32,000 nucleotides of DNA from Candidatus Iainarchaeum sp. (GTDB lineage Archaea > Iainarchaeota > Iainarchaeia > Iainarchaeales > DTGL01). Positions 23,726 to 32,000 of this stretch are shown here, piece after piece. Position 1 is the stretch's first letter. Each line of letters begins with the position of its first letter. The notes below the pieces were generated by a model that was not told the DNA's origin, did no database searches, and saw only the letters and a list, made by a program, of their open reading frames with translations. A program made the position numbers and the translations under genes. Location: NCBI GenBank assembly GCA_038736825.1, contig JAVYME010000002.1, forward strand, positions 1-32,000, in the 5' to 3' direction.

Positions 23726-24910
23726 ATGACAGATATTTGCCTTTATTTTCAAGTCCACCAGCCATTAAGGCTTTCAAAGTTTTCCTTTTTTGACATTGGA
23801 AGGCAAAAAGCATACTTTGACAGCGAAGCCAACAAATTCTATCTGGAACGGGTTGCAAGAAAATGCTACAAGCCAGCAAACGAAACAATCCTGCGCTTGA
23901 TAAATGAAAGCAATGGTAGATTTAAAGTCAATTACAGCATTACCGGAGTGCTCCTTGACCAGCTTGCAGACGGCTTTCCAGAAATAATAGAATCCTTTCA
24001 AAAAATAGCTGACACTGGATGTTGCGAGTTCTTCAATGAAACCTATTATCATTCGCTTTCATGGCTTGTGTCAAAAAGAGAATTCATTGACCAGGTTAAA
24101 TTGCACAGAAAAAAAATGCGTGCAACCTTTGGAGTAAAACCAAGGGTTTTCCGCAACACTGAAGCAATGTACTCCAATGAAATCGCAAAAACCGCAGAAG
24201 AATTGAACTTTAAGGGAATAGTTTGCGAAGGCATAGACAGATTGCTCGGATGGCGAAGCCCAAATTATGTATACAAGGCAAAGGGTTGTGAAATAAGGGT
24301 TCTTTCAAGAAATTACCGCTTAAGCGACGACATTGCCTTTCGCTTTTCAGAACACTCCTGGAATGAATTCCCATTAACCGCAGACAAATACGCTAACTGG
24401 CTTTCCTCCACACCTGGAGACTGCATCAACATATTTATGGACTACGAAACCTTTGGCGAACACCAGTGGCCTGAAACCGGCATATTCGAGTTTCTCTCCT
24501 GCCTTCCAAAAGAGATTTTCAAACACAATCACTTGAATTTTGCCACTGCTTCTGAAATAATAAAAAAACACCCTCCGCGTGACGAATTCGATGTGCCTCA
24601 AACTGTTTCCTGGGCGGATGTTGACAGGGATCTTTCCGCCTGGCTGGAAAACAAAATGCAAAAACAGGCTTTTTCAGAGATAAAAAGCCTGGAACAGCAT
24701 GCCAGGAAAGCCGGCGGCACTGCCCTTGAAGACTGGCGCAGGCTGCAGATTTCAGACCATTTTTATTATATGTGCACCAAATGGTTTGCTGACGGTGACG
24801 TCCACAAATACTTCAATCCATACCAGAATCCTTATGATGCCTTCATAAACTACATGAATGTAGTGTCAGACCTAAAGGCAAGAGTGCAAAAAAAGAAGGC
24901 AGCAAAATAG
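23726..24910 (+). CDS. Glycoside hydrolase family 57 protein (alpha-glucan acting)
   Basis: FQVHQPLRL (GH57 region I), RNTEAMY (candidate nucleophile Glu region), FMDYETFGEH (candidate acid/base Asp region). Confidence 0.85.
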   Translation: MTDICLYFQVHQPLRLSKFSFFDIGRQKAYFDSEANKFYLERVARKCYKPANETILRLINESNGRFKVNYSITGVLLDQLADGFPEIIESFQKIADTGCCEFFNETYYHSLSWLVSKREFIDQVKLHRKKMRATFGVKPRVFRNTEAMYSNEIAKTAEELNFKGIVCEGIDRLLGWRSPNYVYKAKGCEIRVLSRNYRLSDDIAFRFSEHSWNEFPLTADKYANWLSSTPGDCINIFMDYETFGEHQWPETGIFEFLSCLPKEIFKHNHLNFATASEIIKKHPPRDEFDVPQTVSWADVDRDLSAWLENKMQKQAFSEIKSLEQHARKAGGTALEDWRRLQISDHFYYMCTKWFADGDVHKYFNPYQNPYDAFINYMNVVSDLKARVQKKKAAK

Positions 24911-24944
24911 CCCAATTGCTTTTTCTGAATATGCTTGATTTTGC

Positions 24945-27851
24945 TTAAGGGCAGGTTAGTTCTTTAGTGTAGGAATTGTTGTTTTTGTTCAATTCATATA
25001 TTGTGCTTCCACTGTCCGCTGTTATCTTTATCGTGTAGGTTGTTCCAGCACTGCAAGTCCAGTAAGACATATTCCTGTCCATTTCAGCCCCTATTGAAAT
25101 GCTGCTCATTGCATCATTGTCAGAGGCAGTTGCAGATTCGCCGACAAAAAGGCTGTTATAGAATATTTTGCTTGTTATGTCTGCATTTCCCTGGTTTTTG
25201 ATTGTGTATGCAATGGTTCTGTTGTTGTTGAACCATATGTTTGTTATTGTTAGGTCTGGTGCTGTTTCTGGTGTTGGGCATGTGAGTGTTTTTGTGTAGG
25301 AGTTGTTGTTTTCGTTTGATTCAAAGATTCGCAATAGCGAGTCTGCTGTTATTTTTAGGGTGTAGGTTGTTCCAGCACTGCAAGTCCAGTAAGACATATT
25401 CCTGTCTACTGCTGCACTTGCCTCAATATCTTGAATTGTATCAAAGTCAGTGGCAGAAGCGGCTTCATTCAAGAAAAGCTCGTTGTATATGGGAGTGCCG
25501 GTTATAGAAGTACTTCCTTCATTTGCAATCCTATATCCCACTGTTCCGTTGTTGTTGAACCATATGTTTGTTATTGTTAGGTCTGGTGCTGTTGTTGGTG
25601 TTGGGCAGGTTAGTTCTTTAGTGTAGGAGTTGTTATTTTCGTTTGATTCAAATATTTGCTCTCCCGCATCAGCAATTATGTTGACATCATATGTTGTTCC
25701 GGGATTGCAACTCCAGTATGCAAGATTCCTGTCAAGGGACATTCCAGAAGCAAGATCATACATTATTTCGCCATCTGACGGGTTTGTGGCTCCACCCAAA
25801 AAAACGCTGTTATAGAATATTTTGCTTGTTATATCCGTATTTCCCTGGTTTTTGATTGTGTATCCTATTGTGCCGTTGTTGTTGAACCATATGTTTGTTA
25901 TTGTTAGGTCTGGTGCTGTTGTTGGTGTTGGGCAGGTTAGTTCTTTAGTGTAGGAGTTGTTGTTTTCGTTTGATTCAAAGATGTTGCCTCCAGTATCAGC
26001 ACTTACCTTTATCGTGTAGGTTGTTCCGGGACTACAAGCCCAATAAGACATATTCCTGTCCTGTGTATCCCCTGCGAAAATATCATACATTGCATCATAT
26101 CCTGATATTACCGGGCTTCCATTCACAAACAAGTCATTGTAAAAAAGCCTGCTTGTTATGTTCGCGTTTCCCTGGTTTTTGATTGTGTATCCTATTGTGC
26201 CGTTGTTGTTGAACCATATGTTTGTTATTGTTAGGTCTGGTGCTGTTGTTGGTGTTGGGCAGGTGAGTGTTTTTGTGTAGGAGTTGTTGTTTTCGTTTGA
26301 TTCGTATATTTGTGATAGTGAGTCTGCGGTTATTTTTAGCGTGTATGTTGTGCCAGGAGTGCAAATCCAGTAAGACATGTTTCTGTCTTCTGTTGCACCA
26401 ACAGCCAAGCTGTACATTGTATCAAAGTCCATATAGGGCACGGAATTGTTTATGAACAAGTCATTGTAAAATTCAGTGGTTTTTATTTCTGCGTTTCCCT
26501 GGTTTTTGATTGTGTATCCTATTGTGCCGTTGTTGTTGAACCATATGTTTGTTATTGTTAGGTCTGGTGCTGTTGTTGGTGTTGGGCAGGTGAGTGTTTT
26601 TGTGTAGGAGTTGTTGTTTTCGTTTGATTCGTATATTTGTGATAGTGAGTCTGCGGTTATTTTTAGCGTGTATGTTGTTCCCGGGTAGCAGGTCCAGTAT
26701 GAAATGTTTCTGTCGGCTGTTGCGCCTGCTGTGAGGCTTGTCATTGCGTCGTAGCCTGAGAGTTCTAGCGAGTTGTTTTTGAATAGATCATTATAGAATG
26801 TTTTTGCAATATTTGCGTCTCCCTGGTTTTTGATTGTGTATCCTACTGTTCCGTTGTTGTTGAACCACATATTTGTTATTATTAAGTCTGGCTTTGTTGT
26901 TGGGATAGGGCAAGTAATTGTTTCTGTATAATCATTGTTGTTTTCGTTTGATTCTATCAAGTAATCAGACATGTCTGCGCTTACTTTGAGAGTATATGTT
27001 GTTCCGGGATAGCAGGTCCAGTTTGGCATTATCCTGTCTTGGCTTGCGCCTGCTGCAAGATTTGCCATTTCATCCAAATCCACATAATATTGATTGTATA
27101 ATGCATTATAGAAGGTTGTATTGGTTATTGAAGTATTTCCCTGGTTTTTTATCCTATAGCCGATTGTGGTGTCATCGTTTGCCCAAATGTCTTGGATTAT
27201 CAGGTCAATTGTTGCTGTCGGTGTTGGTGTGGGGGTTATTGGTGTTGGGGTGGGTGTTCGTGTTGGAGTAGGGGTTGGTGTTGGCGGCGGCGGAGTGGGG
27301 GTTCTCGGTGGCGGAGTTGGTGTTGCTTGTGCTCCACTGCTTCCCCCTCCAGATGGCGGGCGTGCTGTCGGCGTTGGCGTTGGTATTGCTGTAGGTCTTG
27401 GTGGCGGAGTTTGTGTTCTGATTGGAGTCGGGCTTGGAGTTGGTGTTGGGGTTGTGGGAACCATTGTCGGTGTAGGGGTTGGTTTTGGTGTTCTTGCAGG
27501 GTTTGCTGTTGGCGTGGGGGTTATGGAACTGCCTTCCTCTTCCAAGCATTCCAATGCCAGGTTTTTTCCGTCAAAATAGAGTGTGAGCTTTGAATTTGTT
27601 GCTGTAAAGGTTGCCTTCCAATAGTCTTTTTTTGGAATTCCCCTGCATTTTGGCGGAGCATTATATTTAAGGTTTTCATAATTGTTTTCGCTGAAATAGC
27701 CAGCCCAGTAAGTTGCATTCGGGTTTTTTTCCAAGAATTCCTTTGCTTCTTTTAATTGCAAAACTTTTTCTTTTGAGAGTTGTGCTTGCTGGTTGCAACC
27801 TGAAAGAAGAAGAATTAAAAAAATGAAGGCAAAAAAAATTCCAAGTTTCAT
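24945..27851 (-). CDS. Surface lipoprotein: lipobox signal, small N-terminal domain, Pro/Thr-rich linker, seven tandem CARDB-like repeats
   Basis: [19 protein letters not shown] lipobox. About 100 aa of PT-rich linker. Seven ~109-aa units ([25 protein letters not shown]...[15 protein letters not shown]). Start set at ATG 27851; the longer track ORF (to 27935) would overlap the upstream gene. Confidence 0.85.
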   Translation of the reverse strand: MKLGIFFAFIFLILLLSGCNQQAQLSKEKVLQLKEAKEFLEKNPNATYWAGYFSENNYENLKYNAPPKCRGIPKKDYWKATFTATNSKLTLYFDGKNLALECLEEEGSSITPTPTANPARTPKPTPTPTMVPTTPTPTPSPTPIRTQTPPPRPTAIPTPTPTARPPSGGGSSGAQATPTPPPRTPTPPPPTPTPTPTRTPTPTPITPTPTPTATIDLIIQDIWANDDTTIGYRIKNQGNTSITNTTFYNALYNQYYVDLDEMANLAAGASQDRIMPNWTCYPGTTYTLKVSADMSDYLIESNENNNDYTETITCPIPTTKPDLIITNMWFNNNGTVGYTIKNQGDANIAKTFYNDLFKNNSLELSGYDAMTSLTAGATADRNISYWTCYPGTTYTLKITADSLSQIYESNENNNSYTKTLTCPTPTTAPDLTITNIWFNNNGTIGYTIKNQGNAEIKTTEFYNDLFINNSVPYMDFDTMYSLAVGATEDRNMSYWICTPGTTYTLKITADSLSQIYESNENNNSYTKTLTCPTPTTAPDLTITNIWFNNNGTIGYTIKNQGNANITSRLFYNDLFVNGSPVISGYDAMYDIFAGDTQDRNMSYWACSPGTTYTIKVSADTGGNIFESNENNNSYTKELTCPTPTTAPDLTITNIWFNNNGTIGYTIKNQGNTDITSKIFYNSVFLGGATNPSDGEIMYDLASGMSLDRNLAYWSCNPGTTYDVNIIADAGEQIFESNENNNSYTKELTCPTPTTAPDLTITNIWFNNNGTVGYRIANEGSTSITGTPIYNELFLNEAASATDFDTIQDIEASAAVDRNMSYWTCSAGTTYTLKITADSLLRIFESNENNNSYTKTLTCPTPETAPDLTITNIWFNNNRTIAYTIKNQGNADITSKIFYNSLFVGESATASDNDAMSSISIGAEMDRNMSYWTCSAGTTYTIKITADSGSTIYELNKNNNSYTKELTCP
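24948..27209 (-). repeat. Intragenic tandem array, period 327 bp (one 324), 7 units, with stretches of ~180 bp identical between units
   Basis: The landmark AACCATATGTTTGTTATTGTTAGGTCTGG recurs at 25231, 25558, 25885, 26212 and 26539, with a variant at 26863. 26171-26351 equals 26498-26678 by eye. Confidence 0.9.
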
Positions 27852-27859
27852 TAAAACGC

Positions 27860-28330
27860 CTACCCGATGTTTATTTGAACTCTTTTTGAAACATCCATTC
27901 CGCCGGGAATGTCCAGTTTTGCTTCCAGATACCATCTTGGCTGGGATGCAAATGAACCCCCGAGAAATGCAGCGGCTTTTGCCAATTCTCCTATAACGCC
28001 ATCTGGTGCTTGCTGGCTTTGCAAAATGTTGTTTGGAACCTTTATTTCAAACTCGTATTCGCCACTTGAATATTCTTTTTCTCCATCCAAGGGAAGTTCA
28101 AAATTGAAAATAATTTGGTTTCTTTTTTCAGTGCGAGGGCCACTGTTATAATAACTGGTTCTGGTTATTGTTCTTTCGCCCCACAACCTGGCTTTAATGC
28201 CTCTTGCTTTTGTTGGTTTGTTCATGGAGAGAACAATGCGGCCTTTTATTGTGTCGCCAGGCGAAAAATTGAATTTTTCAAGTGTTAATTCGATTTTGCC
28301 CTTTCCAAGTCCAAAAAGGAATACAAACAT
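27860..28330 (-). CDS. Arrestin-N/Spo0M-like beta-sandwich protein
   Basis: [34 protein letters not shown]...[11 protein letters not shown] follows the Spo0M/arrestin-like opening pattern. 8 nt upstream of the CARDB gene. TATA-like TTAAATTATA in the 28343-28374 spacer. Confidence 0.5.
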   Translation of the reverse strand: MFVFLFGLGKGKIELTLEKFNFSPGDTIKGRIVLSMNKPTKARGIKARLWGERTITRTSYYNSGPRTEKRNQIIFNFELPLDGEKEYSSGEYEFEIKVPNNILQSQQAPDGVIGELAKAAAFLGGSFASQPRWYLEAKLDIPGGMDVSKRVQINIG

Positions 28331-28374
28331 TTTAATCCACAAAATTATGCAGTTCTATAATTTAATTGTTTTGG

Positions 28375-30189
28375 TTATTGTTGTTCAAATAATATTTTGT
28401 AGGCTTTTTCGTATTCTTCTATGAGCTTGCTCCAGTCAAAGAGGTAGGAAATGTTTTTTGCGCTGATTTTTGCGTCAACCCTTTGTTTTTTGTCCATGGA
28501 ATAAATTTCAAGCATATAGTCTGCAAGTTCTTTTTTTGCGGTTTCATAGTCTGTGTTCATGCGCTTTATTACTTTCACTGATTTTTCTTCTTTTCCGCCC
28601 AAAACGTTTTTTTCAAGGTATTGGCCGAAGCCGCTCAAGTCTGAGGTTACAGTTGGTAGTGCTAGTGCCATTGTTTCTAGGGGAGTGTAACCCCATGGCT
28701 CGTAATATGAAGGGAACACGCCTAAATGGCAGCCAATGACTGCTTCATAATAGTTTAATCCGATGAGGCCGTCTGTTGTGGAAAGATAGGCTGGATAATA
28801 GATGACTTTCACTTTGTCGCATTCCCTGTTCGCCAGCCTGTTTTTTGCTAGGGTTCTAGTAATGCTGTTTTCTTCGCTTGTTTCCAGGGCGCAAACCGGC
28901 GGCAAATCGCTTTTTTCGTGTTTTAATTCAAAAATCATTTTTTTTGTGTTGTACAAGAATTCATCGTCCAAAAGGTTTTCTGATGTTGGCGGTTGTCCTT
29001 TTGAAATGTTGTAGTAAAGCCTGTTTTTTATTTTTTTTACTTCTTCCTCTATTTCGTCCTCCAACCGTTCATATAATGCCATGTGCCTTAACAGTTCTAT
29101 GTTTTTTCCCTTGTTTTCTGATGGCACCCAAATGAATGCAATTATTGTTTTTGTTGAATTGCTTTCTTTTAGTCGCTTGTTCAGTTCTCCAAGGGCGTCT
29201 ATGAACAAGTCCAAGCCCTTGTTTCTGAATTCATACCTTCCTGAAATGAAATAGAACAGGGTTTCCTCTATGTTGATGTCATAATAGGGCGTAAAATAGT
29301 CCATTACAAATTTTCTTATCTGGTTTCGGTATTGCACGTGCAAGTTTGAAAGCTCTTCCATTACATAGAATTTTTCCAGGTTAAGGCCGTTGGGAAGCAC
29401 AGCGTGCGGTTTTTTTCCAAGCAAGTATTCTGCTTCAAGCCCTGTTACTTCTGAAACTGTTGTGAAAACATTTGCGTTGTGAGCGCAAGCTCTTTCCAGC
29501 TGGTGTTTTGCTTGAATGTTGAACTGATAGCATCTTTTTTCGTCCACTGTCCTGCCTGCTGCAAGGCCTTCCTTGATTTCTCTGTGAAGGTCTTGTCCTG
29601 CTTCTGCAATGCTTCGCCCCAAAATTGTTGCATGCGTGCTGAAAACTGTTTTTATTGACGGGTCAGAGCGTTTTAAGTGCAATAGTGCGCCGCCTGCAAG
29701 CCATTCATGGCAGTGCACAACGCACCCTTCTTTTTTGAATTCTTTTGAAAAAACATTGTTTATGAGTTCTTCCAGCAAGAGCCCTGTGGCTTTGCCCCAA
29801 ACAAGCGGTTCGTCAAAATCAGTGCCTGAATGCAATGAGTCTATTCTGAAAAAATCCCAGTATTCTCTTTTGATTTCATTGGTTCGGTGTTTTAGGTCTC
29901 CGACATCAACTAAAACACATTTTGGTCTGCCTGTTAAAAGCCAGTGGCCGGAATAGCATTTTATTCCATGGTCTTTTTCAAGGCGGTCAAAGACTGCCTG
30001 GAATTCAGGGCTTGGCTTTTCGTTTTCAAAATCTGTTGCCGCGTTTCTTTTGAAATATGGGCCGACTGCAAAATAGTCCTTGAATTTTTTTTTCATTATT
30101 GGTGCTTTTGAGGAAAGCACTGTGTGAATGCCGCCAACTTTGTTGACTACTTCCCAGCTGACTTCGAAAACAATAATGTCTTGAGCCAT
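28375..30189 (-). CDS. Glycogen synthase, GT3 (eukaryote-type) family
   Basis: FEVSWEVVNKVGGIHTVLSSKA closely parallels the eukaryotic GYS opening [22 protein letters not shown]. About 604 aa. Start at ATG 30189 (the track extends to 30216). Confidence 0.9.
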   Translation of the reverse strand: MAQDIIVFEVSWEVVNKVGGIHTVLSSKAPIMKKKFKDYFAVGPYFKRNAATDFENEKPSPEFQAVFDRLEKDHGIKCYSGHWLLTGRPKCVLVDVGDLKHRTNEIKREYWDFFRIDSLHSGTDFDEPLVWGKATGLLLEELINNVFSKEFKKEGCVVHCHEWLAGGALLHLKRSDPSIKTVFSTHATILGRSIAEAGQDLHREIKEGLAAGRTVDEKRCYQFNIQAKHQLERACAHNANVFTTVSEVTGLEAEYLLGKKPHAVLPNGLNLEKFYVMEELSNLHVQYRNQIRKFVMDYFTPYYDINIEETLFYFISGRYEFRNKGLDLFIDALGELNKRLKESNSTKTIIAFIWVPSENKGKNIELLRHMALYERLEDEIEEEVKKIKNRLYYNISKGQPPTSENLLDDEFLYNTKKMIFELKHEKSDLPPVCALETSEENSITRTLAKNRLANRECDKVKVIYYPAYLSTTDGLIGLNYYEAVIGCHLGVFPSYYEPWGYTPLETMALALPTVTSDLSGFGQYLEKNVLGGKEEKSVKVIKRMNTDYETAKKELADYMLEIYSMDKKQRVDAKISAKNISYLFDWSKLIEEYEKAYKILFEQQ

Positions 30190-30302
30190 TCCCAAACCCC
30201 AAAAATAAAAAACCAAACCAGTTTTTAAACAGAGCCATTATGCTTAAATATTCTTTTTTTGTCTTGTTTTTGGGGTTTTCATTGATAAGGAAAAATTCTG
30301 CT

Positions 30303-32000
30303 TTGGGTTCTTTTGCGTATTTTTTGTCCAATCCGGATGCTTTTTTTTATCGTTTTTGTGACACTGGCTTTAAAAACAAGTGGACTGGTTTTTGGGGTAA
30401 TGGCTTTAAGCTGGTTGAATTCTTTGATTTTAGGGTTGGGGAAGAGTTTTTAGGGGAATCAAACTGTGTTTTGGCAGAATATGATTTTCTGAAAGCAATG
30501 CATTTGCACAGGCTTTCCAATGGGTTGGAGTTAACGCAAAAGGCATGGTTGCCCCGCACTGGCAGTGCATTAATCATAGAGCTTTCATCAAAAAAGGAAA
30601 TTTTGGCTGATTTGGAAATTGCGGTTAACATGCGTTCCCTGCAGGAAAACCTGCACAATCGCGCTTATAAAGTGGTTGAAGGGAAAAAAACACTGATTGA
30701 AAGCGATTTGGGCAAAATTTTCATTACCCCGCTTAAAGGCAAAGCCTCTTTTAATTCCAGTCCACAGTACAGAGAGCATTGCCCAAGCAATGAACGCCAA
30801 TGCTATTTTGTGCCAGGCATTTTTAAATTCAAAGGAAAAAAAATCGCGTTATCCGTTTCAGGGGAAAATTTTTTCAAACCCCAAAAAAACGAATTATTGC
30901 ACAAATACAAGTTTTTTTCCATGCCTTCTAATAGGATTGAAACAGGAAACTCTGTTTTGGATGCATCACTTGGCTTTGCTGCAAGCGCAATATTGTTGTT
31001 GAAAGGAAGGGATTCTTTTATTGCAGGCTTGCCTTGGTTCCAGCAATACTGGGCTCGCGATGTTTTCTGGTCCCTGCCTGCAATTACAATGCTGGGCTTG
31101 CAAGAAACAGCAAGGCAGTCCCTGTCATTTTTTTCTGCAAACTCTCTTAACGGGCAAATTCCAAACTATGTTTTTGGCAATGAAAAGACGTTCAATGCAA
31201 TAGACTCAACGCCATTGTTTCTTATAGCATTAGAGCATTATTGCAAGAGCACAGGCGACAGGGCTTTCGCTGAAAAGATTGCATCTCGTGCCTTGCACTG
31301 CATTGAATTCCTTGAATCAAGGCGTGATCCTTCAGACGGCTTTATAGTGCACGACAACGGATGCAATGAAACCTGGATGGACACCTTGAATAGGGCGGAC
31401 AAAGCAGTTGAAATCCAAGCACTATACATTGCAGCATTGAATGCCTTTTCCAGGTTTGCCTCTTGCTTAAAGAGACCGGAAAAAAAATTAAGGGAAAAAG
31501 CGGTTTGGGCTGAAAGAGAAGCACAAGAAATGCAAAAAAAATTTGACTCAGAATTCTTTAAGGACGGTTTTTTCGTGGACCGCATAATTGCAGGCCAAAA
31601 GGATTGCACTCGCAGGGCTAACGCGCTTGTGCCATTGTTTTTGGGAACAAGTGAAAGGAAAGAAGTCTTGAATGTTTTTCGCTCTGAAGAGTTTTCAAAC
31701 GAAAGAGGAATCCTGTCACTTTCCCGTTTTGATTCAAGATTCTCCCCTGAATCTTACCATGAAGGCAAAGTCTGGTCTTTATGCAATGGCTTTGCCGGCG
31801 GAGCAGAATTCTTGCTCGGCAATCCAGAAAAAGGCTGGCATTATTTTGACTTGTTGTGCGCAGACCAGGACAGGGATGCGCTTGGCTGTATTGGCGAGTG
31901 CTGGAATCCTGCAACACTCCAGCAAACAGGCTGCCCGAACCAGCTTTGGGGAAACGCAATGGCAATACGCCTTTTCATTGAATTCGCTTTAGGCATTAAT
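30303..32000 (+). CDS. Glycogen debranching enzyme / amylo-alpha-1,6-glucosidase (GDE_C family), 3'-truncated by the window edge
   Basis: Absent from the track because it has no stop. Hand translation (codon starts divisible by 3) is open from 30240 to 32000. Motifs LPWFQQYWARDVFW, AVEIQALY, NQLWGNAMAI. Start uncertain: ATG 30240 lies upstream of a good TATA (TTAAATAT, 30244-30251). TTG 30303 behind AAGGAAA is my preference; TTG 30282 and 30324 are also possible. Confidence 0.8.
   Translation, partial: MGSFAYFLSNPDAFFYRFCDTGFKNKWTGFWGNGFKLVEFFDFRVGEEFLGESNCVLAEYDFLKAMHLHRLSNGLELTQKAWLPRTGSALIIELSSKKEILADLEIAVNMRSLQENLHNRAYKVVEGKKTLIESDLGKIFITPLKGKASFNSSPQYREHCPSNERQCYFVPGIFKFKGKKIALSVSGENFFKPQKNELLHKYKFFSMPSNRIETGNSVLDASLGFAASAILLLKGRDSFIAGLPWFQQYWARDVFWSLPAITMLGLQETARQSLSFFSANSLNGQIPNYVFGNEKTFNAIDSTPLFLIALEHYCKSTGDRAFAEKIASRALHCIEFLESRRDPSDGFIVHDNGCNETWMDTLNRADKAVEIQALYIAALNAFSRFASCLKRPEKKLREKAVWAEREAQEMQKKFDSEFFKDGFFVDRIIAGQKDCTRRANALVPLFLGTSERKEVLNVFRSEEFSNERGILSLSRFDSRFSPESYHEGKVWSLCNGFAGGAEFLLGNPEKGWHYFDLLCADQDRDALGCIGECWNPATLQQTGCPNQLWGNAMAIRLFIEFALGIN

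Noticed and set aside
24948-27209. The 327-bp periodic repeats as a CRISPR, satellite or non-coding array
   Set aside because: The period is a multiple of 3. The repeats lie in one long open frame that encodes a coherent CARDB-like domain series.
27166-27593. ORFs 27166..27579 (+), 27192..27593 (+) and 27205..27549 (-)
   Set aside because: They are Gly/Val-rich, Cys/Trp/Arg-rich or Asn/Thr-rich readings of the Pro/Thr-linker DNA of the lipoprotein gene. These are alternative-frame artefacts of a low-complexity repeat.
24945-27851. Diversity-generating retroelement target (variable repeat) in the CARDB gene
   Set aside because: No reverse transcriptase and no non-coding template repeat are in the window. 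The differences between units are not obviously restricted to adenine-templated positions. A remote DGR cannot be fully excluded without the whole genome.
27852-27935. Longer N-terminal extensions suggested by the track: 27935 for the lipoprotein, 30216 for GT3, 3063 for pilin 1, 1827 for coaE
   Set aside because: The extensions would overlap upstream genes or add non-homologous residues before canonical N-termini (lipobox signal, FEVSWEV, MNKKAQSALEY, MLKIAITG). The internal ATGs fit SD or TATA spacing better.
30240-30302. ATG 30240 as the start of the debranching enzyme
   Set aside because: Kept only as an alternative. It lies upstream of the best TATA-like box (30244-30251) and only ~50 nt from the divergent GT3 start. 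It would also add a Phe/Leu-rich N-terminal extension with no obvious role.

Overview
Gene-dense, low-GC window that I read as archaeal, most likely a small-genome DPANN-type lineage. This is an inference from three things. Pilin signal peptides are class III/EppA-type with Q at +1. TATA-like boxes sit about 25-30 nt upstream of several start codons. The PGK looks archaeal, while several other enzymes are bacterial-type. Left to right: a truncated gene; a 456-aa coiled-coil protein; a candidate ~85-nt structured RNA; an overlapping bacterial-type coaE-coaD pair; and two paralogous pilin genes on the + strand. Then come a ~1 kb ORF-free block packed with a short, oriented, helically phased motif, and a two-gene toxin-antitoxin-like module. 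Next is a nine-gene minus-strand type IV (Epd/Tad-like) pilus operon: five proteins with pilin-like N-termini including a 779-aa vWA protein, a K/E-rich winged-helix protein, the ATPase, and two split platform proteins. A + strand block follows: transglutaminase-like protein, NUDIX hydrolase, GalT-like, PMM/PGM, class I GAPDH, PGK, GT4 glucan-synthase-like and GH57. The window ends with a minus-strand lipoprotein carrying seven CARDB repeats, an arrestin/Spo0M-like protein, a eukaryote-type GT3 glycogen synthase, and a 3'-truncated glycogen debranching enzyme. I recognised no rRNA, tRNA, CRISPR array, transposase or integrase. The most unusual item is the 4130-5080 non-coding motif array next to the TA-like pair. 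It is wedged between the pilin genes and the pilus assembly operon. All calls come from hand translation and by-eye motif recognition; no database search was possible.
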